A program made the position numbers and the translations under genes. From NCBI GenBank assembly GCA_030040625.1, contig JASHTI010000159.1:1-40996 (forward strand): a stretch of 40,996 nucleotides of DNA, written 5' to 3'. This DNA comes from Thermoplasmata archaeon (GTDB lineage: Archaea > Thermoplasmatota > Thermoplasmata > Lutacidiplasmatales > UBA184). This document shows, piece after piece, positions 1-9,915 of the stretch; the first letter of the stretch is position 1, and every line of letters starts with the position of its first letter. Below the pieces are notes generated by a model. The model was given only the letters and a program-made list of their open reading frames with translations, had not been told where the DNA came from and searched no databases.

Positions 1-77
1 GCGGGTGAACGCCCGGCTCGCCCACCGGCCGGAGTTGCGCTACCCGCTGATGTGGGTCGAGGCCGCCGGCCGCGACG

Positions 78-1208
78 CTACTTCCGGTCCCCGATCGGGG
101 TCCAGGAGAGGTCGGTCGGCCCGACGTACTGCGAGCGGGGCCGGATCAGGCGGAGGTCGTCGTACTCCTCGAGCACGTGGGCCGTCCAGCCGACGACCCG
201 GCTCGCGGCGAAGACCGGGGTGAACAGGTCCCGCGGGATGCCGATCAGCGCGTAGACCGAGCCCGAGTACAGATCGATGTTCGGATAGAGCCCCTTCTCG
301 CGGTGCACCACCTCGACGACCCGCTGAAGGAGCCGGTAGTAGCGCAGGTCCCCTTTCGACTCGCCGATCTTCCGGGACCACTCGCGCAGGATCGTCGCCC
401 GCGGGTCCTCGACCTTGTAGACGCGGTGCCCGAACCCCATGATCCGCTCGTGGCGCGCCAGCTTGCCGCGGACGACCTCGTCGGCCCGCTCCAGCTCGCC
501 GATCTCGTCCAGGAGATCGAGGACGCGCTCGTTCGCCCCGCCGTGCAGCGGCCCCTTGAGAGCGCCGACGGCGCTCGTCACGGCGCTGTAGAGGTCGCTG
601 AGCGTCGAGGCCGTGACGCGCGCGGCGAAGGTCGAGGCGTTGAGGTCGTGGTCGGCGTGCAGGATGAGGGCGACATCGATCGCGCGCGCCTCCAGCTCGC
701 TCGGCGCCCGGTCGAGGAGGGCGTAGGCAAGGTAGGCGGCGTGCGAAAGCTCCGGGCGCGCTTCCAGCGGCGGCAGATGCGCCCGTCGTCGGTGGTAGGT
801 CCCCAGGATCGTGGGGAGCGCCGCGGTCAACCGCTGGGCGCCGCCGATCGAGCTCGGCCCGGGGCTCGTCTCCCCCGGCTCGAAGACGGCGAGCGCGCTC
901 ACCGCGGTCCGGAGGACGTCCATCGGGGGTGCGTCGGCCGGTAGCGCGTCGAGCTGGCGGGCCAGCTCCGGAGGGATCGTGCGCAGCGACGCGAGCCGCC
1001 CCCGCAGCTCAGCGAGCTGCGAAGCGGTCGGCAGGCGCCCGTACCACAGCAGGTAGGCGACCTCCTCGAACGTCGCGTGGGCCGCGAGCTCGCGGATGTC
1101 GTAGCCCCGGTAGATCAGCCGGCCCTCTTTTCCGTCGATGAAGCAGATCCGCGACTCCAGCGCGACGACGTCCTCCAGGCCCCGCTGGACCTCGCTCCCC
1201 TGCGCCAT
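78..1208 (-). CDS. gltA: Citrate synthase (or 2-methylcitrate synthase family)
   Basis: 376 aa with GLEDVVA..IDGKEGRLIYRGY, HADHDLNASTF, GPLHGGANE, GFGHRVYK and YPNIDLYSG motifs; citrate vs methylcitrate specificity cannot be resolved. Confidence 0.92.
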   Translation of the reverse strand: MAQGSEVQRGLEDVVALESRICFIDGKEGRLIYRGYDIRELAAHATFEEVAYLLWYGRLPTASQLAELRGRLASLRTIPPELARQLDALPADAPPMDVLRTAVSALAVFEPGETSPGPSSIGGAQRLTAALPTILGTYHRRRAHLPPLEARPELSHAAYLAYALLDRAPSELEARAIDVALILHADHDLNASTFAARVTASTLSDLYSAVTSAVGALKGPLHGGANERVLDLLDEIGELERADEVVRGKLARHERIMGFGHRVYKVEDPRATILREWSRKIGESKGDLRYYRLLQRVVEVVHREKGLYPNIDLYSGSVYALIGIPRDLFTPVFAASRVVGWTAHVLEEYDDLRLIRPRSQYVGPTDLSWTPIGDRK

Positions 1209-1234
1209 CGACCCGTCCGTGCGGGGCGGGGAGC

Positions 1235-2620
1235 CTACGTCGCCCTAATGGGGTTTGCCGGGCCGTCGGGCCTCGGGGGCGCCTCGAGCCGCTCGGAGGC
1301 CCGGCGTCGGCCGTAGGCGACGCTCGCCGCCGTCCACAACGGCACCGAAGCGAGGAGGATGCCGGCCGCCACCAGGAAGACGAGTCGGAACGAGCCGAAG
1401 AGGGCGAGCACGCCCGAGAGGCCGGCCCCGAGCACGGCGGCGGCCCCGCCGAGCGCGCTGTTCACACCGAGCAGACGGCCCGGGTCCCGGCGCTCGATCC
1501 CGCGGAACAGCATCAGACTGCTCGCGGTCGTGTAGACGGCGATGGCGCCCCCGAGGAGCGCGTAGACGAGGACGTTCGCCGCGAGCAGCCCGCGGTCGGT
1601 GATCGCGACGAACGTGAAGCCCGCGGTGGCGAGGTAGCCGAGGCAGCGGACGTACGTCGCCCGCCCGACGAGGCGGTCGGCGCCGAGCCGATTCGCGAGA
1701 CCGCCGGTCGTCGGGAAGACGAGCGTCTGGACGAAGTTGTTCGCGAGGTTGACGAGGAAGATCGCGGAGGTCGCGAGGCCGGCCGCGTACAGGTAGGGGA
1801 TGTAGGAGATGTTGAACAGGTTCGAGGAGAGGTTGAAGAGGAACGTCGCGACGAGCACGAGCGGCAGCTCGTGGTGCAGCTCCTCGGCGGCCCAGGCCCG
1901 CAGGCGGGCCAGCGGGTGCGGCCGCCAGGCGGGGCGGAGCGGGAAGAAGGGGATCGGGTTCCGCAGACCGATGTGCGGACGCAGTCGGGAGAAGCGCCCG
2001 GCCGGATGCTGGGCGACGTTCGCGGTCGTGAGGCGTTGCGCCGCCTCGGAGATGCCGAACCAGAGCGCGACGGCGCTGATCGCCGCCAGCACCGCGAGCA
2101 CGAGGAGCAGCGAGCGGAGCGCGTCGTTCGACGCGGTCCAGAAGAAGCCCAGCACCAGGCCGAGCAGCGAGCCGAGCATCGCCATCTCCTGGAACGAGGC
2201 GTAGGCCGTCGCCCGTTCCGCCTCCCCGAACTTCTCGAGGATCAGCAGGTTCGACGCGCTCACCCCGGCCGGGGAGACCGCGCCGAGGATCGCATACAGC
2301 CCGTAGAGGGTGGCGACCGAGCGGACGTCCGCCAGCACGGCGTAGAGGACGGCGTAGCCCGCGTAGCTGATCGCCAGGAACAACCGGCGGTGGGGAAAGC
2401 GGTCCGAGAGGTGGCCCCAGAGGACCGACGAGAGGATCACGGCGGTGTTGAACAGCGTCGCTGCAACGGCGACCTGGGCCCAGCTGCCGTGCAGCGGGAT
2501 CAGGATCAGCAGCGGGAGCACCACGCCGAAACCGGCGGTCGCCGCGTTGATCGGCGCGAAGGCGAGCAGCCACGGGCGGGCGACGAGCCGGCCCGACCAG
2601 GTGCGCAGCGCCTCGGCCAT
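1235..2620 (-). CDS. MFS transporter
   Basis: About 12 hydrophobic segments; motif A-like WGHLSDRFPHRR and GGLANRLGADR. Confidence 0.85.
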   Translation of the reverse strand: MAEALRTWSGRLVARPWLLAFAPINAATAGFGVVLPLLILIPLHGSWAQVAVAATLFNTAVILSSVLWGHLSDRFPHRRLFLAISYAGYAVLYAVLADVRSVATLYGLYAILGAVSPAGVSASNLLILEKFGEAERATAYASFQEMAMLGSLLGLVLGFFWTASNDALRSLLLVLAVLAAISAVALWFGISEAAQRLTTANVAQHPAGRFSRLRPHIGLRNPIPFFPLRPAWRPHPLARLRAWAAEELHHELPLVLVATFLFNLSSNLFNISYIPYLYAAGLATSAIFLVNLANNFVQTLVFPTTGGLANRLGADRLVGRATYVRCLGYLATAGFTFVAITDRGLLAANVLVYALLGGAIAVYTTASSLMLFRGIERRDPGRLLGVNSALGGAAAVLGAGLSGVLALFGSFRLVFLVAAGILLASVPLWTAASVAYGRRRASERLEAPPRPDGPANPIRAT

Positions 2621-2646
2621 CGCGGGGCCGCATCGTGCGGACCCCG

Positions 2647-2654
2647 TCTTAATT
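2647..2654 (-). promoter_or_regulatory. Putative TATA box for the MFS gene
   Basis: AATTAAGA on the minus strand, about 27 nt upstream of ATG 2620, in a very GC-rich background. Confidence 0.45.
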
Positions 2655-2771
2655 CCAAGCGCGGAGGCGCGGGCCGGGAACGGGCCGCTTTTCTCTCGGC
2701 GGAGACCGCCTTCTCGACACGCTTATTAGGCGACCGACTTCTCGCGCCCTCGGCTTAGGGGTGCGTCGCGC

Positions 2772-3005
2772 TTGGCGATCGGCTTCGTCCTGATCAGTAC
2801 GGCGCCGGCCAAAGAGCACGAGGTCTACACCGAGCTGCTCCGGGTCAAGGGGATCGTGGAGCTGCACCCGCTCTTCGGCGAGTACGACCTCATCGCGAAG
2901 GTGGAGGCGGAGGACTTCAACGCCCTCGGCCAGCTGGTCGTCGACAAGATCCGCTCCGTCGCGGGCGTGATTGACACGAAGACACTCACGGGCATCAAGT
3001 TCTGA
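2772..3005 (+). CDS. Stand-alone Lrp/AsnC ligand-binding (RAM) domain protein
   Basis: 77 aa, TTG start; GFVLI..EHEVYTEL..GIVELHPLFGEYDLIAKVEA..KIRSVAGVIDTKTL; no HTH domain. Confidence 0.9.
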   Translation: MAIGFVLISTAPAKEHEVYTELLRVKGIVELHPLFGEYDLIAKVEAEDFNALGQLVVDKIRSVAGVIDTKTLTGIKF

Positions 3006-3026
3006 GGGATCTGAGGAACCAACGGT

Positions 3027-3362
3027 ATGATGGATGTGGCGATGTGGGGCACCGCGGTGAGCATCGGCGGCTGGCAGTTCCTGGAGATCTTCCTCCTGGT
3101 CTTTGCGCTGTTCTTGATCCTCGCGGGGATCTTCACGGCGTACTTCGGGAGCGGCAAGAGCCGGACCGTCGGCGTCGGCCTCCTCGCCGCCGGGGTCGTG
3201 ATCGGCCTGCTGGCCGGATTCGCCTACCACGACGGCTGGTTCGGGGGCCACAAGGGGTTCCTGGGCGCGCTGATCTGGGAAGCGTTCCTCATCATCGTCG
3301 CCGCCGTCATCGGCGCTCTGGTCGCGGTCGGGATCTTCCTCGTCGCGATCATGAAGTCGTAG
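3027..3362 (+). CDS. Small membrane protein (3 TM), hypothetical
   Basis: Three hydrophobic helices, LAGIFTAYFGSGKSR loop; start may instead be 3030 or 3042. Confidence 0.75.
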   Translation: MMDVAMWGTAVSIGGWQFLEIFLLVFALFLILAGIFTAYFGSGKSRTVGVGLLAAGVVIGLLAGFAYHDGWFGGHKGFLGALIWEAFLIIVAAVIGALVAVGIFLVAIMKS

Positions 3363-3378
3363 GCCCGACGGGCGCAAC

Positions 3379-4221
3379 GTGACGGCCGCCGGCCGTCGTC
3401 CTCGGAGGCCCCGGCTGGTCACCCTCGCGACCGACCTCGGGACGGCGTACGCCGCCCAGATGAAGGCCGTCCTGCTCGCGGCCCTGCCTCCGGATCGGAT
3501 CGTCGACCTGACCCACGAGCTCCGGCCCCACGACATCGCCGAAGCGGCGTTCGTCCTCCGTGAGATCCACACCCGGCTGCCGCCGGGCGCGGTCCACGTC
3601 GTGGTCGTCGACCCCGGGGTCGGCGGCCGGCGCCGGCCGATCGCCATCGCCTGCGGCGACGGCTCGGCGCTCGTGGGACCGGACAACGGCGTCCTCGCGC
3701 CGCTGGCGACCCTCCACGGCGGCGGGCGCGCCTACACGATCACGAACGTCCGGCCGGGCGCCGAGCGGGTCGGCACGACGTTCGACGGGCGCGACGTCTT
3801 CGCGCCCGCCGCGGCGCAGCTCGCCCTCGGTCGGCCCGCCCGGGAGCTCGGACCGCGCCAGGAGCCGGCTCCCCTGCCGGTCCCGGGGCCGCACCGGGAG
3901 GCCGATGGGGCCCGCGGGGCGGTGGCGCACGTCGACCGATTCGGCAACCTCGTGACGAACGTGCCGACGGCGTGGCTCCCGACCGGCCGCTCGACGGTCA
4001 AGGTCGGCCTCGGGGGGCGGACGCAGCGCCTTCCGGTGCACCGCAGCTACGAGGCGGCCGGCGGCGGGACGCGTTTCGTCCTCGGCTCGAGTTTCGGCAC
4101 GCTCGAGGTGGCGGTCGCCGAGGGGCGGGCGAGCGACCGCGGGGCGGTCCGGGCCGGTACGCCGGTCCGGTTCGGCTGGGAAGCCCGTCGGTCCGGGCCG
4201 CCGCGCCGAAAGCGTAAGTAG
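3379..4221 (+). CDS. SAM-dependent chlorinase/fluorinase family (DUF62, SAM hydroxide adenosyltransferase)
   Basis: LATDLG, VDLTH, VVVVDPGVGGRRRPI, LVGPDNG, TFDGRDVFAPAAA, HVDRFGNLVTN and GTLEVAV motifs. Confidence 0.9.
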   Translation: MTAAGRRPRRPRLVTLATDLGTAYAAQMKAVLLAALPPDRIVDLTHELRPHDIAEAAFVLREIHTRLPPGAVHVVVVDPGVGGRRRPIAIACGDGSALVGPDNGVLAPLATLHGGGRAYTITNVRPGAERVGTTFDGRDVFAPAAAQLALGRPARELGPRQEPAPLPVPGPHREADGARGAVAHVDRFGNLVTNVPTAWLPTGRSTVKVGLGGRTQRLPVHRSYEAAGGGTRFVLGSSFGTLEVAVAEGRASDRGAVRAGTPVRFGWEARRSGPPRRKRK

Positions 4222-4266
4222 CGAACGTCCTAGGAGTGGACGGGAACTCGCACGCTCGGACGCTCG

Positions 4267-5418
4267 ATGCCGACGAAGCGCGACTACTACGAGGTGCTGG
4301 GCGTCGCGAAGGGCGCCTCGCCGGACGAGATCAAGTCGGCGTACCGCAAGCTCGCCCGTCAGTACCACCCGGACGTCTCGAAGGAGAACCCGAAGGTCGC
4401 CGAGGAGAAGTTCAAGGAGCTCTCCGAGGCCTACGAGGTCCTGGTCGACCCGGCCAAGCGCAGCCGCTACGACCAGCTCGGCTTCTCGGGCGTCGAGTCG
4501 GAGTTCGGCCCCGGCGGGTTCACCTGGCAGAACTTCACGCACGTCGGCGACCTCGAGGACCTCTTCGGCGCCTCGCCGCTCTTCCAGCAGTTGTTCACCG
4601 GTTTCGGCCTGCCGTTCGGCGGGGTCGCCAGCCGCGAGCGCGGCCGCGGGGCGGACGTCGAGATGACGCTGCGCCTGTCCGTGGCGGCGGCGATCCACGG
4701 CGCCCACCCGACGCTCGAGGTCCCCCGGGCGCGGCCGTGCCCGGACTGCCGGGGGACCGGCGCCAAGGGCGGCACCGCCCTCGAGGTCTGCCCGGAGTGC
4801 GGCGGCCAGGGCCAGGTCCGCCGCGTGCAGAACCGCGGCTACACGCAGCTGATCACGATCGGGGAGTGCCCGCGCTGCCACGGGAGCGGCCGTCGCATCC
4901 TGGAGCGATGCCCGAACTGCCGGGGCAGCGGCACGATCACCAACGTCGAGAAGATCGAGCTCGACGTGCCGGCGGGCATCGAGGACGGCGCCGTGCTCCG
5001 GGTCCCCGGGCACGGGAAGGCCGGCCGCCCGGGCGGGCGCGCCGGAGACCTCTACGTCCAGGTCCTGCTCGAGTCGTCGACGCCGTTCCGGCGCGTCGGC
5101 CAGGACGCCTTCGCCGAGACGACGGTCCCGCTGGCGACGGCCCTTCTCGGTGGCTCCGTCACCGTGCCGACGCTCGACGGCAAGGCGGACCTTCAGATCC
5201 CCGCCGGGACCCAGCCCGAGACGCAGTTCCGTCTGCGGGGCCACGGCTTCCCGCGGCTGCGGGGCAGCAGCCGCGGGGACCTCATCGTCACGGCGCACGT
5301 CGAGATCCCTCGCGCGCTCTCCGGCAAGGACCGGGAACGGCTGCGGGAGGCGCTCGGCGCGGGCGCGGGGCCGGCCGAGGGCCGTCGTGATTCGTTCTTC
5401 CGACGGCGAGCGTCGTGA
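4267..5418 (+). CDS. dnaJ: Chaperone DnaJ
   Basis: DYYEVLGV J-domain with HPD, G/F-rich region, four CxxCxGxG repeats, C-terminal domain. Confidence 0.97.
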   Translation: MPTKRDYYEVLGVAKGASPDEIKSAYRKLARQYHPDVSKENPKVAEEKFKELSEAYEVLVDPAKRSRYDQLGFSGVESEFGPGGFTWQNFTHVGDLEDLFGASPLFQQLFTGFGLPFGGVASRERGRGADVEMTLRLSVAAAIHGAHPTLEVPRARPCPDCRGTGAKGGTALEVCPECGGQGQVRRVQNRGYTQLITIGECPRCHGSGRRILERCPNCRGSGTITNVEKIELDVPAGIEDGAVLRVPGHGKAGRPGGRAGDLYVQVLLESSTPFRRVGQDAFAETTVPLATALLGGSVTVPTLDGKADLQIPAGTQPETQFRLRGHGFPRLRGSSRGDLIVTAHVEIPRALSGKDRERLREALGAGAGPAEGRRDSFFRRRAS

Positions 5419-6104
5419 CGCCGGCCCGCGCGTCGGGCGAGCAGTACTTCGCCGCCCGGCCGCACGCCCGACCCCGGCGTCGTGAGCTGCGCTTCCTCTA
5501 CCGCGGGGAGCTCCTCTCGTTCGTCGTCGATACCGGCGTCTTCGCCTCGCACGGGCTCGACCCCGGGACGGCCTTGCTCATCGAGAACCTCGCGCCCGCC
5601 CGGGACGCTCGGGTCCTCGACCTCGGCTGCGGCTGGGGGGCCGTCGGGGTCGCCGCGGCGCGCAGCGCGCCGGACGGCCAGGTGCTGCTCACCGACGTCA
5701 ACCACCGCGCGGCCCGGCTCGCCGGGGAGAACCTCGCCCGGAACCGAGCGGCGAACGGAACGGTCCGGATCGGCCCGCTCTTCGAGCCGGTCGGCGACGA
5801 GCGGTTCGATCTGATCGCGAGCAACCCGCCCTACCACGCCGGCCGTCCGTTCATCCTTCGGCTCCTCGCCGAGGCCCCGGCGCACCTTCGGCCGGGCGGC
5901 CGACTCCTTCTCGTCGGCAAGGGCAGCCAGGGGATCCGGTTCTACCAGGAGTGGCTCGCCGCGCACTGGGCGCCCGAAGTGCGGGTCCTGGCCCGGGCGT
6001 CGGGGTACCGGGTCCTCGAGGCGGCGCTCGCCGCCGAAGGGGTTAAGAACCGAAGGTCGCTCGGCCGCCGCCCCCGAAGCCGTGCGGGGACGCCCGGGGC
6101 GTAG
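5415..6104 (+). CDS. Class I SAM-dependent methyltransferase (RsmC/MTS-like)
   Basis: QYF..., [23 protein letters not shown] and [13 protein letters not shown] motifs; GTGA overlap with dnaJ. Confidence 0.88.
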   Translation: MTPARASGEQYFAARPHARPRRRELRFLYRGELLSFVVDTGVFASHGLDPGTALLIENLAPARDARVLDLGCGWGAVGVAAARSAPDGQVLLTDVNHRAARLAGENLARNRAANGTVRIGPLFEPVGDERFDLIASNPPYHAGRPFILRLLAEAPAHLRPGGRLLLVGKGSQGIRFYQEWLAAHWAPEVRVLARASGYRVLEAALAAEGVKNRRSLGRRPRSRAGTPGA

Positions 6105-6148
6105 GCCTCCGGCGCTCCCGGCGACGTCGGAGCATCACGCGCACCGAG

Positions 6149-6910
6149 GTGAGTCGAACGCCGAAGGAAGCCAAGGAGCCGGCGAAGGAGGAACCCGCCG
6201 CGAGCGGGCCCGCCGCCGGTACCGAGGCCGCGACGGAGAAGGGAGGGCGTCGCGAGCGCGGAGCGAAGGGCAAGGAGGCCAAGGACGGGAAGGACTCCAA
6301 GGAGACGAAGGAAGGGAAGGGGAAGTCCAAGGGACCCCCGACCGGCAAGGCCCCCAAGTTCGTCCCCACCAACCCGAACTTCCGCTACATCGTCCGTGTC
6401 GCCGACACCGACCTGGACGGCACGCGATCGACGGCGCTCGCGCTGACGCGGGTGCGCGGGGTCGGGCTCCGCCTCGCCGAGGCGACCTGCCGTCTGGCGC
6501 AGGTCGACCCGCACGCGATGATCGGCGACCTCGCCGAACCGGTCGTGGAGGGGCTCGAGACGGCCCTGCAGAGCCTCCCGAAGCAGCTCCCGCCGTGGAT
6601 GATCAACCATCCGACCGAGCCGATCCTGGGCGAGTCGCCCCACCTTCTCGGCGCCGAGCTGGAGACGCGCCGGCGCGACGACGTGAACGTGATGAAGATG
6701 ATCCGGAGCTACCGGGGCGTCCGCCACGAGCGGGGCCAGAAGGTCCGTGGGCAGCGGACCCGCTCGAACGGCCGGACCGGCATGGCGGCCGGGGTGCTGA
6801 AGAAGGCCGCGAAGGAAGCGGCGGCGGCCGCCGGCAAGGAGTCGGCGCCGGCCGCCGCGGCCACGCCCGCTCCGGCGGCGGCCGCGCCGGCGGCGGAGAA
6901 GAAGGCGTAG
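6149..6910 (+). CDS. rps13: 30S ribosomal protein uS13 with long N- and C-terminal low-complexity extensions
   Basis: FRYIVRVADTDLDG and SYRGVRHERGQKVRGQRTRSNGRTG; first gene of the S13-S4-S11-Rpo3 operon. Confidence 0.95.
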   Translation: MSRTPKEAKEPAKEEPAASGPAAGTEAATEKGGRRERGAKGKEAKDGKDSKETKEGKGKSKGPPTGKAPKFVPTNPNFRYIVRVADTDLDGTRSTALALTRVRGVGLRLAEATCRLAQVDPHAMIGDLAEPVVEGLETALQSLPKQLPPWMINHPTEPILGESPHLLGAELETRRRDDVNVMKMIRSYRGVRHERGQKVRGQRTRSNGRTGMAAGVLKKAAKEAAAAAGKESAPAAAATPAPAAAAPAAEKKA

Positions 6911-6920
6911 GCGGGCGACG

Positions 6921-7514
6921 ATGGGCGATCCGAAGTTCCTGCGCCGTCGCTACGACACGCCGAAGCATCCGTGGGAGGGCCCCCGGATGGAGGAGGAGCG
7001 CAAGCTCCTCGAGCGCTACGGCCTGAAGAACAAGCGCGAGCTCTGGAAGGCCCAGTCGGTCCTCCGGGGGTTCCGTCGCCAGGCCCGCGAGCTGCAGGCT
7101 CGCCTCCGGGCCGGGGTGCCGCAGGCCAAGCGCGAGACGAACCAGTTGCTGGGCCGCCTGTCCCGCCTCGGGATCCTGAGCGCCGGCACGCCGACGCTCG
7201 ACGACGTGCTCGCCCTTTCCACGGAGGATATCCTGCGCCGGCGCCTGGAGTGGATCGTCTTCTCCAAGGGCCTCGCCCCCACCCCGTGGAGCGCCCGCCA
7301 GTGGATCGTGCACGGCCACCTTTCGGTCGGCGAGCACCGCGTCCGCCGGCCGGGGACCCTGCTCCCGTCGGCCGAGGAGGCGCGGCTCGGCTACACCGTC
7401 TCGAGCCCGCTCGCGGACGAGGGGCACGCGGTGCGCACGGCGCTCCGTGAGCGCCTGGAACGCCGCGGTGGCGCGCCTCCGCCGCCCCCGCCGGCGGAGG
7501 GGGTGCCGTCGTGA
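6921..7514 (+). CDS. rps4: 30S ribosomal protein uS4
   Basis: [39 protein letters not shown]. Confidence 0.97.
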   Translation: MGDPKFLRRRYDTPKHPWEGPRMEEERKLLERYGLKNKRELWKAQSVLRGFRRQARELQARLRAGVPQAKRETNQLLGRLSRLGILSAGTPTLDDVLALSTEDILRRRLEWIVFSKGLAPTPWSARQWIVHGHLSVGEHRVRRPGTLLPSAEEARLGYTVSSPLADEGHAVRTALRERLERRGGAPPPPPPAEGVPS

Positions 7515-7894
7515 CGAAGGTCGGGATCGCGCACATCTTCGCGAGCTACAACAACATTCACATCACCGTCACCGACATCACCGGCGCGGAGACGCTCGCC
7601 AAGGCGACCGGCGGGATGGTCGTCAAGGCGGCCCGGGACGAGTCGAGCCCGTACGCCGCGATGAAGGCGGCGGACCAGATCGCCGCGGTCCTGAAGGAGA
7701 AGGGCTACGAGACGCTCCACGTGCGGGTCCGCGCGCCCGGCGGCAACCGCTCGCGCTCTCCCGGTCCCGGCGCCCAGGCGGCGATCCGGGCGCTGGCGCG
7801 CGCCGGCGTCAAGATCCAGCGCATCGAGGACGTCACCCCGGTGCCGCACGACGGAACGAAGCCCAAGGGCGGCCGCCGCGGCCGCCGGATGTAG
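7511..7894 (+). CDS. rps11: 30S ribosomal protein uS11
   Basis: [43 protein letters not shown]. Confidence 0.98.
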   Translation: MTKVGIAHIFASYNNIHITVTDITGAETLAKATGGMVVKAARDESSPYAAMKAADQIAAVLKEKGYETLHVRVRAPGGNRSRSPGPGAQAAIRALARAGVKIQRIEDVTPVPHDGTKPKGGRRGRRM

Positions 7895-7900
7895 GGAGCG

Positions 7901-8746
7901 ATGCCGGTCACCGTCGAGCAGCTGACGCCCCGGTCGACGACCCTCGAGCTCGAGGGGGTCACGGCCGCCCAGGCGAACGCGATCCGCCGGACGCTGGTCG
8001 CGGACGTCCCCAAGCTGGCGATCGAGGACGTGGAGTTCCACCTGGGGCCGATCCGCGACGAGACGAGCGGCAAGGACTACGACTCGTCGACGAGCATGTT
8101 CGACGAGGGCGTGGCGCTCCGGCTCGGTCTCCTCCCGATCCCGACCGATCTCTCGCAGTTTCGCCGGAAGTCCGAGTGCACCTGCAACGGCGCCGGCTGC
8201 GCGAACTGCCAGGTGATGTACTCGATCGACCGCAAGGGCCCCTGCACGGTCTACGCGAAGGACGTCGTCCCGCTCGGCGACGCGTCGCTCGCGATCCTCG
8301 AGCCGGAGGTCCCGATCGTCCGGCTCGGCGCCCGCCAGGCGCTGCTCGCCTACGCGACGGCCGTGATCGGGACCGGTCGCGAGCACGCCAAGTGGCAGGT
8401 CGCCCACGCCGTCGGCATCTACCCCCGACCGCACGTGAAGATCGCGCGGAAGGAGGGGTGCACGGACGCCTGCCTGAAGCGGACCGCCGCCTCCTGCCCG
8501 GTCGACATCCTCCGCTTCGGGGACGGCAAGCTCACCGTCACGGACGAGGTCAAGTGCATCGATTGCCACGCCTGCGAGAAGAGCTGCGAGCACGGCTCGA
8601 TCCACATCGAGCCGGACGAGGAGCGATTCTTCCTGCGCTTCGACACGGACGGCTCGCTGAGCGCCCGGGAGGCGCTGCGGTTCGCGCTCAAGGACCTGCG
8701 CCGCCGCCTCGAGGAGCTCCGCGAGGCGGTGCAGGCGATCCCGTAG
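7901..8746 (+). CDS. rpoD: DNA-directed RNA polymerase subunit D (Rpo3)
   Basis: ANAIRRTLVADVPKLAIEDV, RLGLLPIPTD, GREHAKWQ, DTDGSL, ferredoxin-like insert; position in the operon. Confidence 0.96.
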   Translation: MPVTVEQLTPRSTTLELEGVTAAQANAIRRTLVADVPKLAIEDVEFHLGPIRDETSGKDYDSSTSMFDEGVALRLGLLPIPTDLSQFRRKSECTCNGAGCANCQVMYSIDRKGPCTVYAKDVVPLGDASLAILEPEVPIVRLGARQALLAYATAVIGTGREHAKWQVAHAVGIYPRPHVKIARKEGCTDACLKRTAASCPVDILRFGDGKLTVTDEVKCIDCHACEKSCEHGSIHIEPDEERFFLRFDTDGSLSAREALRFALKDLRRRLEELREAVQAIP

Positions 8747-9806
8747 CGGGGCCCTCGCTGCTCCAGTCGTAGCGCAGGATCGCCGCGATATCCCCGAGGC
8801 CGGCGAGGCGCCGTCCCGGCGGGTCGTCGGCCCGCACCACGAAGACCCGCGCGCGCGAGCCCCGCGACCGATCGAGGATCGCGAGGACGGCCGGCGCGGT
8901 GAGGAGCCGTTCGCCGACCAGCAGCGTCTCGACCGCGCCCGCCTCGCTCGCCTCGGCGACCTCGCGGAGCCCGACCGCGGCGCGCCGCCCACCGGCGACG
9001 GCCTGCACCAGCCGCTCGACGACCTCCGCCTCCTCGGCGGCCACGCTCGCGCGCAGGACCTCGCTCGCCCGTCCCGACCTTAGGAGCTCGTCGACGCCGA
9101 CCCGGCCTCCCTCGGCCGCCGGGTAGACCTTCAGGCGGCGGGCGAGCTCCGGCTCGGTCTCGCCGATGCGGCGGGCCAGCGCCTCCTTGAGGAAGCCGGG
9201 GCCCGCGACGACCACGGCCGTCGCCGACGTCCCCTCGCGGACGAGCAGGCCCCGGAGCTCCTCGAGGTACGCGGAGCGGTCCTTCTCGCCCTGCCCGCCC
9301 TCGTACTGCTTGCCGGCGAGCGTACGCCGCACGTCCGCGATCGGCTCGATCGCGCGTCCGCGGATCCGCACGATCGACGAGTCGCCCCAGTCGACGGCGG
9401 CGAGGAGGATCGCCGGGTCGCCGCGGCGGTCGAGCCCCTCGTCGAGCAGGGCCTGGTCCGCGGGCGTGAGCCCGGGTTTCGTGACGGTGACGTCGCTCCC
9501 CTCCTCCAGGTCCAGCGTGTGGTGCCGGCCGATGTCGAACGGTCCCTCCACGATCGGTCCGGTGATGCGCACGTGCTGGGAGAAGCCGTGGAACTCGACC
9601 TGCTCGGCCCGCACCGCCAGGTAGACGCGGCGACGGCTGCGCTCGGCGCCGGGGACATCGAGGGGCGCCTCCGGGTCCCGGCGGGTGGTCGAGGCGCCGA
9701 CCATCTCCCCGGGCCGGACGAGCCGGGCGATCCGCCAGAGGTCGCTCGGGGTCTCGAGCCGGAGCTTCAGCGTCCCGGTCGTCGGATCACGGTGGAGGAG
9801 GCGCAC
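8688..9806 (-). CDS. pelA: mRNA surveillance / ribosome rescue protein pelota
   Basis: GTG start at 9806; DLWRIARLVRPGE, VEFHGFSQHVRITG.I, GRHHTL, AGPGFLK, GAVETLL, IAAILRY (eRF1 domains 1-3). Confidence 0.9.
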   Translation of the reverse strand: MRLLHRDPTTGTLKLRLETPSDLWRIARLVRPGEMVGASTTRRDPEAPLDVPGAERSRRRVYLAVRAEQVEFHGFSQHVRITGPIVEGPFDIGRHHTLDLEEGSDVTVTKPGLTPADQALLDEGLDRRGDPAILLAAVDWGDSSIVRIRGRAIEPIADVRRTLAGKQYEGGQGEKDRSAYLEELRGLLVREGTSATAVVVAGPGFLKEALARRIGETEPELARRLKVYPAAEGGRVGVDELLRSGRASEVLRASVAAEEAEVVERLVQAVAGGRRAAVGLREVAEASEAGAVETLLVGERLLTAPAVLAILDRSRGSRARVFVVRADDPPGRRLAGLGDIAAILRYDWSSEGPATGSPAPPRGAPRGGGAGP

Positions 9807-9915
9807 GACCGGACCCGCCGGGCACGACGAGCGCAAGCTACAAGCGACTTTCGCCCGCCGAGGCCGTACGCCGCGCGATAGGCTTATCGAGGATTCCATC
9901 GGTCGGCGACACGCC

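Noticed and set aside
5..223. Possible 3' end of a gene entering from the left edge
   Set aside because: Too short to identify, and mostly antisense to citrate synthase
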